Source: Pseudomonadota bacterium (GTDB lineage: Bacteria > Pseudomonadota > Gammaproteobacteria > Burkholderiales > Casimicrobiaceae). Taken from it: DNA of 64,000 nucleotides. Below are positions 1 through 8,128 of the stretch, one piece after another. Under the pieces are notes generated by a model that did not search any database, had not been told where the DNA came from, and was given only the letters and a program-made list of their open reading frames with translations. Both the position numbers and the translations under genes were made by a program. How positions within the stretch are numbered: position 1 is the stretch's first letter; the number at the start of each line of letters is the position of its first letter. The stretch lies in assembly GCA_009786085.1 (NCBI GenBank), contig WQTW01000001.1:14177-78176 (forward strand), in the 5' to 3' direction.

Positions 1-62
1 AGCGCGCGGCGAAAACCTTGCCGTCGCGGATTTCGTTCGGTTGGCGAATCAGCTATCAGGGT

Positions 63-842
63 GTCAGGGATCAGAAAAACCTCTCTCACGCGGAGAAAAG
101 TACGCGTAGCCCGGACAAGCGAAGCGCCGTCCGGGAATCCTTTGGCCTCACGCGAAGGCGCGAAGGAACGACGCTCCCTCCCCTTCAAGGGGAGGGTTGG
201 GGTGGGGATGGGGTTGACGGGATCAGAGACCAAGAATCAGGTATCAGAAATGCGTCATTGCGAGGAACGAAGTGACGAAGCAATCCAGAAAATGTGTACA
301 ACGAAAAAACGCTGGATTGCTTCCCGCCACGCTTCGCTCGCGGCTAAAAGCCGCTCATCACCAGCGCGCTTTGCAGTCATTTTTTCAACAAACCCCCGCC
401 CGCCTTCGGCGGGCCCCCCCTTTGAAAAGGGGGCTTTTCATCTTCGCGGCTTCGCGCCTTCGCGTGAGGCCCAAAAGGGCGCGATAAATCGCGCCCCTTG
501 CGCCCTCTCCCCCACCCCTCTCCCGCAAGCGGGAGAGGGGAGTTTCGTTCCTTCGCAGCTTCGCGCCTTCGCGTGAGAATTCTTTTTTGCGCTCTATGCG
601 TTTCTTTGCGTTCTTTGCGGTGAATCTTTTTCAACAAACCCCCGCCCGCCTTCGGCGGGCCCCCCCTTTGAAAAGGGGGCTTTTCATCTTCGCGGCTTCG
701 CGGCTTCGCGTGAGTCAACCCGTCGCGGTTCCCGCCACGCTTCGCTCGCGGCTAAAGGCCGCTCACCAGCGACCTATCTTTCGTGCTTTTCGTATCTTTC
801 GTGCCTTTTCGTGGTTAAAGGTTTTGTTTTTTCGTGGTTAAA
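63..842. repeat. 780-bp repeat mosaic at the left edge (downstream of yggU)
   Basis: In order: heptamers; GTAG REP at 106-138; W1 word 'tcacgcgaaggcgcgaagg'; 'ccctccccttcaaggggagggttggggtggggatgggg'; heptamers; P2-like hairpin at about 252-335; 'ccgccacgcttcgctcgcggc'; P3 'cccgcccgccttcggcgggc...tttgaaaaggggg' twice (about 381-465 and 626-712); 'gcgcgataaatcgcgccc'; P1 at 503-542; W3 and W2 words. Confidence 0.9.
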
Positions 843-859
843 CACTTTTCTTCGCGCGA

Positions 860-1150
860 CTAAAACCCATCCGGCCATTTCGTCGGCGCCGCGACCCGAA
901 CGATTTTGTGGCGGCTGTTCTGCCCGTGTTCCAGCGTCACGGCGCGCAGTCCCACGCCGAACGCCTCGGCAAGAAAGCGCCGCAACGCCTGATTGGCTTT
1001 TCCTTCCACCGGCGGCGCTGCCAGCCGCACTTTCAATGCGCCGTCGTGAAGCCCCTGAATTTCGGTTCGTTTCGCGCCCGGCTGAACGTGCAGGGTCAGC
1101 ACCCAATCGCTGCCGTCCTGACGCCGCCAGGATGCCGCCTGTTCGTCCAT
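860..1150 (-). CDS. yggU: DUF167 / YggU-family protein
   Basis: 96-aa ORF with an ATG start. The stretch 'HVQPGAKRTEI...LKVRLAAPPVEGKAN' is the YggU/DUF167 signature. It lies 5 bp downstream of proC, as in the conserved yggS-proC-yggU cluster. Confidence 0.8.
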   Translation of the reverse strand: MDEQAASWRRQDGSDWVLTLHVQPGAKRTEIQGLHDGALKVRLAAPPVEGKANQALRRFLAEAFGVGLRAVTLEHGQNSRHKIVRVAAPTKWPDGF

Positions 1151-1155
1151 CCGTT

Positions 1156-2010
1156 TTATCCGGCGGCGTCTGTCGGGTTATCTGTCGGGTGATCAACGCC
1201 CAGTTCGTCGCCCAATTCTGCCGCCCGCTCCCGGGCTGCCTGTACCGCTTCCTGGAACATTTCGCTGACCTTCGCCTGATCAAAAATCTGTATGGCTCTC
1301 TCGGTGGTTCCGCCTTTTGAGGTGACTTTGGCGCGCAATTCGGCAAACGAATCGTTGCTGTGACGAGCCAGCGCCACTGCGCCGGACACGGTGTCCAGCG
1401 CCAGCGCACGCGCGTTCTCTTTCTTTAACCCCACCGAGAGCGCCGCCGCTTCCAGGCCTTCCAGAAAATAGAATACATACGCCGGGCCGCCGCCGGACAC
1501 CGCCGTCACTGTATCGAGCGAATCTTCACGAAGCACCCAGAAGACGTGGCCGACGCTTTCCAGCAATTCGTGCGCGTGGTTGCGCGCTATTTCGTTGGCG
1601 CCGGGCGCCGCATAGAGGCCGGTCGTGCCGGCGTTGACCTGCGCCGGTGTGTTCGGCATCGCCCGAATCACCGCCGGATAACCACCCAGCCAGCGCGTGA
1701 GGTCTTTGACGCGAACGCCCGCCGCGACCGACAACACGACCGAAATGGCCGACGTGAACGGCGCCAACTGGCGAGCGACCCTTTGCAATTGCTGCGGTTT
1801 GACCGCCAGCACGACGACATCGACGCCCTCAAAAAACGCTTTTTCGATACACGAATGACACTGCACCTGAGGGAAAGCAGCGGTCAGCCGATTTCGTTGT
1901 GCTTCATCGGGATCGACGACGCTGATATCGGTCACTTTTTTGCCGCTGCGCACGATGCCGCTGATCAGCGCGGTGGCCATGGCGCCACCGCCAATAAAAA
2001 CATATTTCAT
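1156..2010 (-). CDS. proC: pyrroline-5-carboxylate reductase
   Basis: 'MKYVFIGGGAMATALISG' is a Rossmann N-terminus and 'TSKGGTTERA' is the C-terminal ProC motif. I trimmed the start to the ATG at 2010; the ORF track begins 5 codons upstream. Confidence 0.9.
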   Translation of the reverse strand: MKYVFIGGGAMATALISGIVRSGKKVTDISVVDPDEAQRNRLTAAFPQVQCHSCIEKAFFEGVDVVVLAVKPQQLQRVARQLAPFTSAISVVLSVAAGVRVKDLTRWLGGYPAVIRAMPNTPAQVNAGTTGLYAAPGANEIARNHAHELLESVGHVFWVLREDSLDTVTAVSGGGPAYVFYFLEGLEAAALSVGLKKENARALALDTVSGAVALARHSNDSFAELRAKVTSKGGTTERAIQIFDQAKVSEMFQEAVQAARERAAELGDELGVDHPTDNPTDAAG

Positions 2011-2059
2011 AAACCCTTCCCCCATTTCATATCAAACCCTGAATATTCCACACCGCGCA

Positions 2060-2749
2060 TCATCCCGGCCGCGGACCGAACAAGGCGCTGCCGATCCGCA
2101 CTTCGGTCGAGCCCTCGGCAATGGCGGCATCGAGGTCGCCGCTCATGCCCATCGACAACACGTCGGCAGGCAAGCCTGCCGCGCGCGCCTGCGTCTGGCA
2201 CCGGCGCAACAACGCGAACTGCCGACGCTGTTCCGGCACCTCGTCGGTCGCCGCTGCTATCCCCATGAAACCACACCAGCGAAGGCGCGGCAAGGGGGCG
2301 ATCTGGCCGGCGAGGGTTACCGCCGCTTCCGGCATCACGCCGCTTTTCTGCGGCTCGCCGCTGATATTGACCTGTATCAGGACTTCCAGCGGCGGTCGGT
2401 CGTCGGGACGCGCCGCCGACAGCCGTTCCGCCAGCGCCAGCGTATCGACGGTCTCGATCCGGTCGAATATCCGGGCGGCCAGCGTCGCCTTATTGCGCTG
2501 TAATGGGCCGGTCAGCGCCCACCAGAGGCCGTCCAGATCGGCCAGCGCCTGCTGCTTGTCCCGGGCTTCCTGGACGTAGTTTTCACCGAAACGGCGCTGC
2601 CCAAGAGCATATAACCGGCGCACCGCCTCCGGCGGAAACTGTTTTGAGACCGCCAAAAGTGCGATTTCGTTAACATTTCTTCCACATTGGGCAGCCGATT
2701 CGTCAATTCGTCGCCAAACGGCTTGCCACGCATTTTGGTACTGCTTCAT
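2060..2749 (-). CDS. yggS: YggS-family pyridoxal-phosphate homeostasis protein
   Basis: 'LLAVSKQFP...FGENYVQE...LSMGMSGDLDAAI..GST.VRIG' matches the YggS/alanine-racemase-N fold family. ATG at 2749. Divergent from pilT, as in many proteobacteria. Confidence 0.9.
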   Translation of the reverse strand: MKQYQNAWQAVWRRIDESAAQCGRNVNEIALLAVSKQFPPEAVRRLYALGQRRFGENYVQEARDKQQALADLDGLWWALTGPLQRNKATLAARIFDRIETVDTLALAERLSAARPDDRPPLEVLIQVNISGEPQKSGVMPEAAVTLAGQIAPLPRLRWCGFMGIAAATDEVPEQRRQFALLRRCQTQARAAGLPADVLSMGMSGDLDAAIAEGSTEVRIGSALFGPRPG

Positions 2750-2826
2750 AATCAAACCCTTGGAAGCTGTGTCGTTTTACGGAAAATCAACGCCATGGCA
2801 CGCTCATGAGAAGGAAAGGATTATAA

Positions 2827-3870
2827 ATGGATATCACCGAACTTCTGGCCTTTGCCGTCAAAAACAACGCTTCCGACTTGCACTTGTCGTCAAGCCTCCC
2901 GCCGATGATACGCGTTCACGGCGACATCCGGCGGATCAATGTGCCGCCGCTGGCGCACGAAGAAGTCTATGCGATGGTCTATGACATCATGAGCGACTCG
3001 GTTCGTAAAGAATACGAAGAACGGCTCGAATGCGACTTCTCGTTTGAAATTCCCAATCTGGCGCGTTTCCGTGTCAACGCATATACCCAGTTGCACGGCG
3101 CGAGCGTGGCGTTCCGACCGATTCCGACAAAAGTGCAAACGCTCGAACAAGTGCACGCACCCAAAGTGCTCCACGAACTCATCAAGCGACCGCGCGGCCT
3201 GATTCTGGTCACCGGGCCAACCGGCTGCGGAAAATCGACGACGCTGGCGGCGATGCTCAATGCGGTCAACGAACAGGAAAACGGCCATATCCTGACCATT
3301 GAAGACCCGATCGAGTTCGTCCATGAATCGAAGAAATGTCTGATCAACCAGCGCGAAGTCCATCGCCACACTCACTCGTTCGAAGCCGCATTGCGTAGCG
3401 CCGTGCGCGAAGACCCCGACTACATTCTGGTCGGCGAAATGCGCGACCTCGAAACCATCCGGCTGGCGTTGACCGCCGCAGAAACCGGTCACCTGGTGTT
3501 CGCCACGCTGCACACCAGTTCCGCGCCCAAGACGGTTGACCGGATCATCGACGTGTTCCCGGCGGCTGAGAAGGAAATGGTGCGAGCGATGCTTTCCGAA
3601 TCGCTGGTAGCGATTGTCTCCCAACAGTTGCTGAAAACCAAGGACGGTCTGGGACGCGTCGCCTCGTTTGAAGTGTTGGTCGGCACACCGGCGATCCGCA
3701 ACCTGGTGCGCGAAAACAAAATCGCGCAAATGTATTCGTCGATCCAGACCGGCCAGGCGCTCGGTATGCAGACGATGGATCAGGCGTTGCTCGATCTGGT
3801 CAAGCGCAACAAGATCACCGTTCAGGCGGCCCTGCACATCGCCAACAACAAAGAACTGTTTAACGCTTAA
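2827..3870 (+). CDS. pilT: type IV pilus twitching-motility ATPase PilT
   Basis: 347 aa. It has Walker A 'GPTGCGKSTT', the Asp box, 'HLVFATLHT' and the PilT-specific 'AIRNLVRENK' motif. Confidence 0.95.
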   Translation: MDITELLAFAVKNNASDLHLSSSLPPMIRVHGDIRRINVPPLAHEEVYAMVYDIMSDSVRKEYEERLECDFSFEIPNLARFRVNAYTQLHGASVAFRPIPTKVQTLEQVHAPKVLHELIKRPRGLILVTGPTGCGKSTTLAAMLNAVNEQENGHILTIEDPIEFVHESKKCLINQREVHRHTHSFEAALRSAVREDPDYILVGEMRDLETIRLALTAAETGHLVFATLHTSSAPKTVDRIIDVFPAAEKEMVRAMLSESLVAIVSQQLLKTKDGLGRVASFEVLVGTPAIRNLVRENKIAQMYSSIQTGQALGMQTMDQALLDLVKRNKITVQAALHIANNKELFNA

Positions 3871-3914
3871 CTCTCGCAATAAAACGAAACTGTCTGCCTT
3901 CACCTTTTATAAAC

Positions 3915-5099
3915 ATGGATAACAAACGCGCTGTTCAATTCGTTCACGATCTGCTGGAACTGCTGGTTCAGCAGAAAGGGTCTGACCTGTTTATCACGGT
4001 CGGCTTTCCGCCGGCGATCAAAGTCAACGGCAAAATTTCGCCGGTGTCCAAATCGCCGCTGGAATCGCAACATACAGCCGAGCTGGTTCGCTGCATCATG
4101 AATGATCGGCAAAAAGACATGTTCGATCAGACCAAAGAATGCAATTACGCGTTAAGCCTGCAAGGCATCGGCCGCTTTCGCGTCAGCGCCTTTCTGCAAC
4201 AAGGCTGGCCGGGAATGGTGTTGCGCTCGATCAACACCAAGATTCCCACCTACGAAGATCTGGGCATGCCGATCGTGCTAAAAGACGTCATCCTCGCCAA
4301 GCGCGGCATCGTTATTTTCATCGGCGCCACCGGCGCCGGCAAATCGACGACGATGGCGTCGCTGCTCGCCCATCGCAACAAGCACAGCTTCGGCCACATC
4401 ATCACCATCGAAGACCCGATCGAATTCATCCACGAACACGGCAACTGTATTTTCACGCAACGCGAAATCGGCGTCGATACCGATTCCTGGGACATCGCGC
4501 TGCAAAATTCCCTGCGGCAAGCGCCCGACGTGATCATGATCGGCGAGATCCGCTCGCGCGAAAACATGGATTTCGCCATCGCCTTCGCCGAAACCGGCCA
4601 CTTGTGTATGGCAACCTTGCACGCCAACAGCACCAACCAGGCGCTCGACCGGATTATCAACTTCTTCCCGGAAGAGCGGAAAGCGCAAGTGCTGATGGAC
4701 TTGTCGCTCAACGTTCGCGCTTTCGTAGCGCAGCGCCTCATTCTGCGCGCCGATGGTCGCGGTCGCGTCCCGGCCGTCGAAGTGATGCTCAACACGCCGC
4801 TGACCTCCGATCTCATTTTCAAGGGCGACATCCCCGGCATCAAAGACATCATGAAGCGTTCGCGCGAACAGGGAATGCAGACCTTCGATCAATCGCTGTT
4901 CGATCTTTACGAGCGCGGTTTGATCACCTACGAAGATGCGCTGCGTAACGCCGACTCGATCAACGACCTGCGGCTTGACATCAAACTGCGCGGCAAAGAA
5001 GCGCGCAGCCGTGACGCCTTCACCGGCACCGAACATCTCAGCGTGGTTGACAGCATCGTTCCCGATCTGGCCGATCCCGAGTTTGTCCTGGGTCGCTAA
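3915..5099 (+). CDS. pilU: type IV pilus ATPase PilU
   Basis: 394 aa, paralogous to pilT ('GATGAGKSTT', 'HLCMATLHANS'), with the longer C-terminus typical of PilU. It follows pilT directly. Confidence 0.9.
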   Translation: MDNKRAVQFVHDLLELLVQQKGSDLFITVGFPPAIKVNGKISPVSKSPLESQHTAELVRCIMNDRQKDMFDQTKECNYALSLQGIGRFRVSAFLQQGWPGMVLRSINTKIPTYEDLGMPIVLKDVILAKRGIVIFIGATGAGKSTTMASLLAHRNKHSFGHIITIEDPIEFIHEHGNCIFTQREIGVDTDSWDIALQNSLRQAPDVIMIGEIRSRENMDFAIAFAETGHLCMATLHANSTNQALDRIINFFPEERKAQVLMDLSLNVRAFVAQRLILRADGRGRVPAVEVMLNTPLTSDLIFKGDIPGIKDIMKRSREQGMQTFDQSLFDLYERGLITYEDALRNADSINDLRLDIKLRGKEARSRDAFTGTEHLSVVDSIVPDLADPEFVLGR

Positions 5100-5105
5100 A
5101 GCACC

Positions 5106-5495
5106 ATGTCCGACGATGCTTTGATCCGGCCGGTCGAAATCACCTTGCACAGCGCCTCCCGACAGTTGGAATTGCGCTACGCCGACGGTCGGGAAATCCG
5201 TTTTTCGCACGAATTTTTGCGGGTGTTTTCGCCGTCGGCTGAAGTTCGCGGCCATGCGCCAGGGCAGGAAGTTTTGCAGACCGGAAAAAAAGACGTTCAA
5301 CTCATTCGCATCGAGCCGGTCGGTCATTATGCCTTGCGTCTGGTTTTTTCCGATGGCCACGACTCGGGTTTGTACTCGTGGGCTTATCTGGCCGAACTGG
5401 GCGCGCATCAGGAAGTCCTCTGGCAGGATTATCTGACGCGGCTGCAAGAAGCAGGCGGCAGCCGTGAAGCGTTGCCGCCGCCCGATCAAACTTGA
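5106..5495 (+). CDS. DUF971 (gamma-butyrobetaine hydroxylase-like N-terminal domain) protein
   Basis: 129 aa. '[15 protein letters not shown]......[21 protein letters not shown]' is the DUF971 pattern. Its stop overlaps the upstream extension of the ubiE ORF. Confidence 0.75.
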   Translation: MSDDALIRPVEITLHSASRQLELRYADGREIRFSHEFLRVFSPSAEVRGHAPGQEVLQTGKKDVQLIRIEPVGHYALRLVFSDGHDSGLYSWAYLAELGAHQEVLWQDYLTRLQEAGGSREALPPPDQT

Positions 5496-5530
5496 GCGTT
5501 TTGAAAATTCCTCGCTTTGAAAAACCCGTG

Positions 5531-6277
5531 ATGAAAAAAACAACGGCCGATTTCGGCTTTGAAACCGTGGCGGCCGACGACAAGAAAAAGCGCGTCGCCG
5601 ACGTGTTCGATTCCGTCGCATCCAAATACGATCTGATGAACGACCTGATGTCGGTCGGGCTGCACCGTCGCTGGAAAAACGCTGCCATCGCCCTGGCGCA
5701 TCTTTCCGCGCACTTACCCGAAGACGCCCATGTCCTCGATCTGGCAGGCGGCACCGGCGATTTGACCCGCCGCTTCCTGAAAAAATACCCGAAGGCAACC
5801 GCCGTCCTGTCCGACATCAACAACGCGATGCTTCGGGAAGGTCGCAAAATTTTGTTGAATCGCGGTATCGCAACGCCGGTCGTTCAATGCAACGCCGAAG
5901 CGTTACCGTTTCCCGACAAACGTTTTCACGCTGTCTCCATCGGTTTCGGATTGCGCAACATCACCGACAAAGAAAAGGCGCTGCGCGAAATGCGCCGCGT
6001 GCTGAAGCCGGGCGGTATTGCGCTGGTGCTGGAATTCTCCCGCGTGAAAAAACCACTGGCGCCGTTTTACGATTTTTACAGTTTCAAAATCCTGCCGAAG
6101 CTCGGCCGCCTCATCGCCAACGATGAAGCGAGCTACCGCTACCTCGCCGAATCGATCCGAATGCACCCCGATCAGGAAACATTGAAAACCATGATGCTGA
6201 ACGCCGGCTTCGACCAGGTTGACTATCACAACCTGACCGCCGGTATTGTCGCCGTTCACCTCGGCAAAGTTCGTTGA
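5531..6277 (+). CDS. ubiE: ubiquinone/menaquinone biosynthesis C-methyltransferase UbiE
   Basis: 'FGFETV...[23 protein letters not shown]' plus the SAM motif '[10 protein letters not shown]'. Starting at the ATG at 5531 aligns with the E. coli UbiE N-terminus; the track ORF begins at a TTG at 5492. Confidence 0.9.
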   Translation: MKKTTADFGFETVAADDKKKRVADVFDSVASKYDLMNDLMSVGLHRRWKNAAIALAHLSAHLPEDAHVLDLAGGTGDLTRRFLKKYPKATAVLSDINNAMLREGRKILLNRGIATPVVQCNAEALPFPDKRFHAVSIGFGLRNITDKEKALREMRRVLKPGGIALVLEFSRVKKPLAPFYDFYSFKILPKLGRLIANDEASYRYLAESIRMHPDQETLKTMMLNAGFDQVDYHNLTAGIVAVHLGKVR

Positions 6278-6327
6278 GGGTTTCCTTCATTCGAACTAAA
6301 AATCGCTGTCGAACCTGCTCACCCGCG

Positions 6328-6654
6328 CTATAGTCCCAGAAGGTGTTTGAGCAGATGTGTTCTGAAGTCTTGCCTAGTGTGAATGAACATATAAATCAAC
6401 ACCTCTTTTTCATTATATTCATAGACAATTCTTGTCTGCCTGACGAGCCGTATTCTGAAGTTGTCTTGTCCCAATTCGCTGAGTTCTTCAATCGTCTTGC
6501 CGGATTCAGGACTCCATCCAATGTTTCCGATCGTGCTCTTGAATTCCTGATAGACCTCTTTCCAAACATCTTCGCCGAATTGCGCTTTGACATAAGCCCT
6601 GATTTCCCCGAAATCGGATTGGGCGGAATTCAGAATGATGACTTTTCGGCTCAT
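6328..6654 (-). CDS. type II toxin, RelE/ParE family
   Basis: 108 aa. It has the ParE/RelE-like C-terminal half 'FRIRLVRQTRIVYEYNEKEVLIYMFIHTRQDF'. An ATGA overlap joins it to the upstream antitoxin gene. The pair is visibly A/T-richer than its neighbours. Confidence 0.8.
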   Translation of the reverse strand: MSRKVIILNSAQSDFGEIRAYVKAQFGEDVWKEVYQEFKSTIGNIGWSPESGKTIEELSELGQDNFRIRLVRQTRIVYEYNEKEVLIYMFIHTRQDFRTHLLKHLLGL

Positions 6655-6920
6655 TCTTCTTTGTCCATTTCTTTAAAGAAGGCGTCCGCTTCAGTGATGT
6701 TGCCCGCCTGATATTCCTTGCGGCCAAGCGCAATCAGGCGAAGCAGCGCAAGCTGTTCCTGTTGTTTCTCATACTGGTTGATTTCAACGACGGCCATTTT
6801 TGCCTCACCGTTCTGAGTGATGATGAGCGGTTCGGGGTTGACGGCAAATCCCTTCACGATGTCAGCCGCGTTGGACTTGAGGTAAGAAATGGGCTTGATT
6901 TGGGTCGCCAGACTCATCAT
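6651..6920 (-). CDS. type II antitoxin, Phd/YefM family
   Basis: The N-terminus 'IKPISYLKSNAADIVKG......PLIITQNGEAKMAVV' is the Phd/YefM fold signature. I chose the ATG at 6920, which follows a GGAGA Shine-Dalgarno; the track start is a GTG at 6938. Confidence 0.8.
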   Translation of the reverse strand: MMSLATQIKPISYLKSNAADIVKGFAVNPEPLIITQNGEAKMAVVEINQYEKQQEQLALLRLIALGRKEYQAGNITEADAFFKEMDKEE

Positions 6921-7040
6921 TTTCTCCGTGTCTTGCACTGCGCAAGACTAAATATGGCCGAAATTAGGCCGTAAGTCAACCGTGCCCCAGCGCCATCATC
7001 CGCCCACCGCCGTTTTACGGTATCCTGTCAGTTAGACTTA

Positions 7041-7279
7041 AACCTGAAAACCTCAGTTGACCGCTTATAAAACGATGGGAAACCGCATGGAAGCCTGCTT
7101 TGGAGCCTTTTTCACCCCTCACCCATTGGGTGAGTTCGCTACGCGTTCGCCAGCGCTACGCCCGCCGCGCCATGCTGCGTTGCTCCTCCTCGCGGGGTGG
7201 CAGCCCGCGTCGTCGTCGCGCCTTGCCTGGCACGGTGGGCGCAACACTGACGAGCACGTCCAACTGAGGTTTTCAGGTT
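7041..7279. repeat. 239-bp element bounded by perfect 19-bp inverted termini (MITE-like or structured leader RNA)
   Basis: 7041-7059 'aacctgaaaacctcagttg' is the exact reverse complement of 7261-7279. The interior is GC-rich with local hairpins such as 'ctcacccattgggtgag'. The element ends 16 nt before the ATG of the UPF0149 gene. Confidence 0.5.
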
Positions 7280-7294
7280 CAAAGGGATCACACC

Positions 7295-7990
7295 ATGGCT
7301 CATGACGAAAAACTTCTGAGTATGCCGTTAACCGACGCCGAGTTTGACGAGCTTGAGGCGTTTCTGACGTCGAACGCCGTGCCGGAAGATTGCATGAACC
7401 TCGAAATGCTTGACGGCTATCTGACCGCGACGGTCAGTTCGCCGCAGATGTTGATGCCCTCGCAATGGCTGCCGATGATCTGGGGCGAAGATGTCGCACG
7501 CAGCGGCAGCGCGGTATTCGCGTCCGCCGAACAGGCGCAACGCATCATGGAGTTGATTCTGCGTCACTGGTCGAGCATCAGTCAGACGCTGCGCGAGATG
7601 CCGACGCGTTTCCATCCGTTGTTGTATTACCCGCCGCCGGAAGAGGCGATGGGGCCGGACACGCCGCATGAGGCTTCCGATTGGTGTCAGGGGTACATGA
7701 TGGGGGTGCGGCTGGCTGAGGAGGACTGGAGGCCGCTGTACGACTCGCAGGAAGCCAGCGATTGGATTTTCCCGATCGAGGCGCTGGCTTTCGGCCATCA
7801 GGAACCCGAATACGCCGAATGGTTCGACGACAGCGAAAAGCTCGACAGCTTGGTCGATGAATTGCCGGTCGCGGCGGTGCTGATTTTCCGTTTCTGGTTT
7901 GAGCGTCAACAAAAAACGCTGCCCCAACGAAACGAGCCCAAGCGGCGAAGTTCAAAGGACGCGCAGAAAAAACATACGCGGTTGCATTGA
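7295..7990 (+). CDS. UPF0149 (YecA/YgfB-like) family protein
   Basis: 231 aa. 'LTDAEFDELEAFLTS.....MNLEMLDGYLTA..SSP' is typical of the UPF0149 N-terminal domain. There is no C-terminal SEC-C zinc motif. Confidence 0.7.
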   Translation: MAHDEKLLSMPLTDAEFDELEAFLTSNAVPEDCMNLEMLDGYLTATVSSPQMLMPSQWLPMIWGEDVARSGSAVFASAEQAQRIMELILRHWSSISQTLREMPTRFHPLLYYPPPEEAMGPDTPHEASDWCQGYMMGVRLAEEDWRPLYDSQEASDWIFPIEALAFGHQEPEYAEWFDDSEKLDSLVDELPVAAVLIFRFWFERQQKTLPQRNEPKRRSSKDAQKKHTRLH

Positions 7991-7996
7991 TCCGCC

Positions 7997-8128
7997 AACC
8001 CTCTCCCCCACCCCTCTCCCGCGCGCGGGAGAGGGGAATTTTTCTCCGCGCCTCCGCGTGAAATAATTTTCGGTTCCGCGACTTCGCGCGGGTCTTCTGT
8101 TGGGGTTCGCTGCGCTCACCCCAACCTA
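7997..8128. repeat. intergenic repeat mosaic (P1 hairpin + 'ccgcgcctccgcgtga' word + GTAG-type REP)
   Basis: The P1 hairpin 'cccctctcccgcgcgcgggagagggg' sits at 7999-8036 and is followed by a T-run. The REP 'gttggggttcgctgcgctcaccccaacctatgg' ends the cluster. On the minus strand its TAGG supplies the gshA stop codon at 8126-8128. Confidence 0.85.

Noticed and set aside
1-110. A partial gene at the left edge. The plus frame reads '...ARGENLAVADFVRLANQLSGCQGSEKPLSRGEKYA*' and ends at the TAG of the REP at 107-109. Alternatively, a minus-strand frame reads 'LIRQPNEIRDGKVFAAR' and runs out of the window.
   Set aside because: About 60 nt of non-repeat sequence is too little to decide strand or family, so it is not reported as a feature. 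If the plus-strand reading is real, it would be another gene running into heptamer and REP DNA.
4278-5798. 506-aa ORF on the minus strand spanning pilU, the DUF971 gene and ubiE. Other very long antisense ORFs are similar: 16548-17975 (+), 49853-51466 (-), 26355-27296 (+), 2890-3903 (-), 10059-11162 (-), 43454-44104 (-) and 55094-55981 (+).
   Set aside because: Each lies opposite a gene with unmistakable family motifs. Their translations are Arg/Gly/His-rich low-complexity strings, typical of stop-poor antisense frames in high-GC DNA.
7041-7279. The inverted-repeat-bounded element as a 6S RNA (given a UPF0149/ygfB-like neighbour), a retron msr-msd or a hammerhead ribozyme ('ctgacgag' at about 7243).
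   Set aside because: I could not match 6S hallmarks (extended two-strand pairing with a central bubble) beyond the terminal stem. No reverse transcriptase gene is nearby. The hammerhead-like string lacks the remaining conserved core and compatible stems. It is kept only as an unclassified structured element.
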